Source: Vicugna vicugna
Lineage: Eukaryota
NCBI GenBank assembly: GCA_013265495.1
Contig: MU061579.1
Coordinates: forward strand, 4,426,327-4,490,326
Direction of reading: 5' to 3'
DNA: 64,000 bases
Below are positions 62,668 to 64,000 of the stretch, one piece after another; the stretch's first letter is position 1; each line of letters opens with the position of its first letter. Position numbers and translations under genes: made by a program. The notes beneath the pieces were generated by a model. That model ran no database searches. It worked only from the letters and a program-made list of their open reading frames with translations, and was not told the DNA's origin.

Positions 62668-64000
62668 GCCCTCATCCCAAACAAATGAATTACTGGTATT
62701 TTAGAAAACCACTCATAAAAAAGTAAAAATAATTTGGATAGCTAGAAGAAAATATCGAGGGAAATGGAATAGGAAGTGTAAGAATTAAAGATGTCTGCCT
62801 TTTCACAGAAGCCCCCTCCTCCTTCCTCTGCTGCATCAGCTCCCTTTTCTTCCTCTATGTCTTTAGCCCTCATGGGCTCAAAGTGACTCTGGAGGAGGAG
62901 AAAGTGAAAACCTTTTAGATGGATGGTTCCCTTCATTAGTGCATTTCTTGAAAAGAGTGATGGGGGAACAGATTTATTAGCTGATAATCTGCTCCGTTTG
63001 AGGACACAGGTGTGAATACCCACTGGTTTAGCCCAGATTCCACCTCCTTGTCGTCCCTACATCTTGTAGCTCGAAGGGCAGATGTAATCAGGGAACAATC
63101 GAGAACTTGGATAAAAGACTCTGCTATGAGGCAATAAATGAAGAGTAGCTGCACTAGCCACTTGAAAAAAAGGCAAACAAACAAGGTTTTAATCAGATGA
63201 ATGTCAACAGAAGAATGGAAACCAAAGTACCATAAAATTTACATTTTTCTGGTCTCAAAAAGCCCTCTCTATTTGGATCATCAGGAAAGTCAGTGCCACG
63301 GAGAAGCTTTCCCAAGGCCTCTGGAGTCATTCCCACGCCTTCCTCATCAGCTGGTACTACTCATTTAAAGGCTTCCTCCCCGTGCCCTACAGGTTTGCAG
63401 GGCTCCCAAGCCTGTTTTCAGTTGACATCTCTTCCTCTAGCATATGAATCTAAATTCTTGTCTCCTTTAGCTTATGAAGGAGTCCAGTATTTATGATACA
63501 GGATTACTCAAAGGTTTGAGGACTCTCTTATTTTCTCTAGTCAGTTGCAAACAAACAAACAAATAGAAACCTGGAGAAATGTCTTCCCCAGAGGGATGTA
63601 TCATTATTCAAACTTAGACCTCTTTCCGATAGCCTCAGAAATTTGAAAAAAATGCAAAATTGACACTGTAGCTTTGTGACATTTCTTTGCTTCACAGTCG
63701 CATAAAACCTCATTAGGCAAATTGCAATATTGCTTAACTGAGGGCAACAATTGTCACCTACAGGCCACAAAATTTTGCAATCTAGAAGTCAGCTCACTTT
63801 GCAGATACAAATCGACTTCTAACAATGAAAAGACAGACAATTTTGGGACAATATTACACAGTGGATTCTAGTTTTTTGCAGAATAGGAAAAACTGCTGAT
63901 TTACCTGATTATTCTCCAGACCTTCTTCTTTGGTCCTTAGAATTTGACAAGGCTTTTGAAACCTAAAATTGACTATTACCTTTCTTCTAGCTTTGGGGAT

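Noticed and set aside
1..64000. A novel multi-gene system, operon or CRISPR array
   Set aside because: The sequence is repeat-rich mammalian DNA; there are no long non-repeat ORFs and no regularly spaced repeat-spacer array.

Overview
AT-rich mammalian genomic DNA with no prokaryotic gene organisation. It is most likely camelid (alpaca/camel lineage), inferred from a Vic-1-like tRNA-derived SINE and camelid-type L1 3' ends recognised from memory, not from a database search. Much of the window is interspersed repeat: old and young LINE-1 pieces, L2 and MIR relics, more than a dozen LTR relics (several solo LTRs with exact TG...CA ends and 4-bp target-site duplications, TSDs), Tigger1, MER20 and MER91 DNA transposons, and microsatellites. 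I found no complete protein-coding gene, RNA gene or CRISPR array. The ORFs with recognisable homology are decayed L1 ORF1/ORF2 fragments. The best non-repeat coding candidate is a minus-strand 124-nt exon at 133-256 whose last 55 nt encode a signal-peptide-like sequence, so the window may be the 5' intron/upstream region of an unidentified gene. Structural highlights are a textbook twin-primed L1 (3944-5905), a three-layer nested insertion containing a multiply inverted L1 (57340-60390), and a young solo LTR with intact octamer/SOX/CCAAT/TATA motifs pointing toward the candidate exons. I see no convincing evidence of a new biological system. Repeat subfamily names are by-eye recognitions and boundaries without a TSD are approximate.
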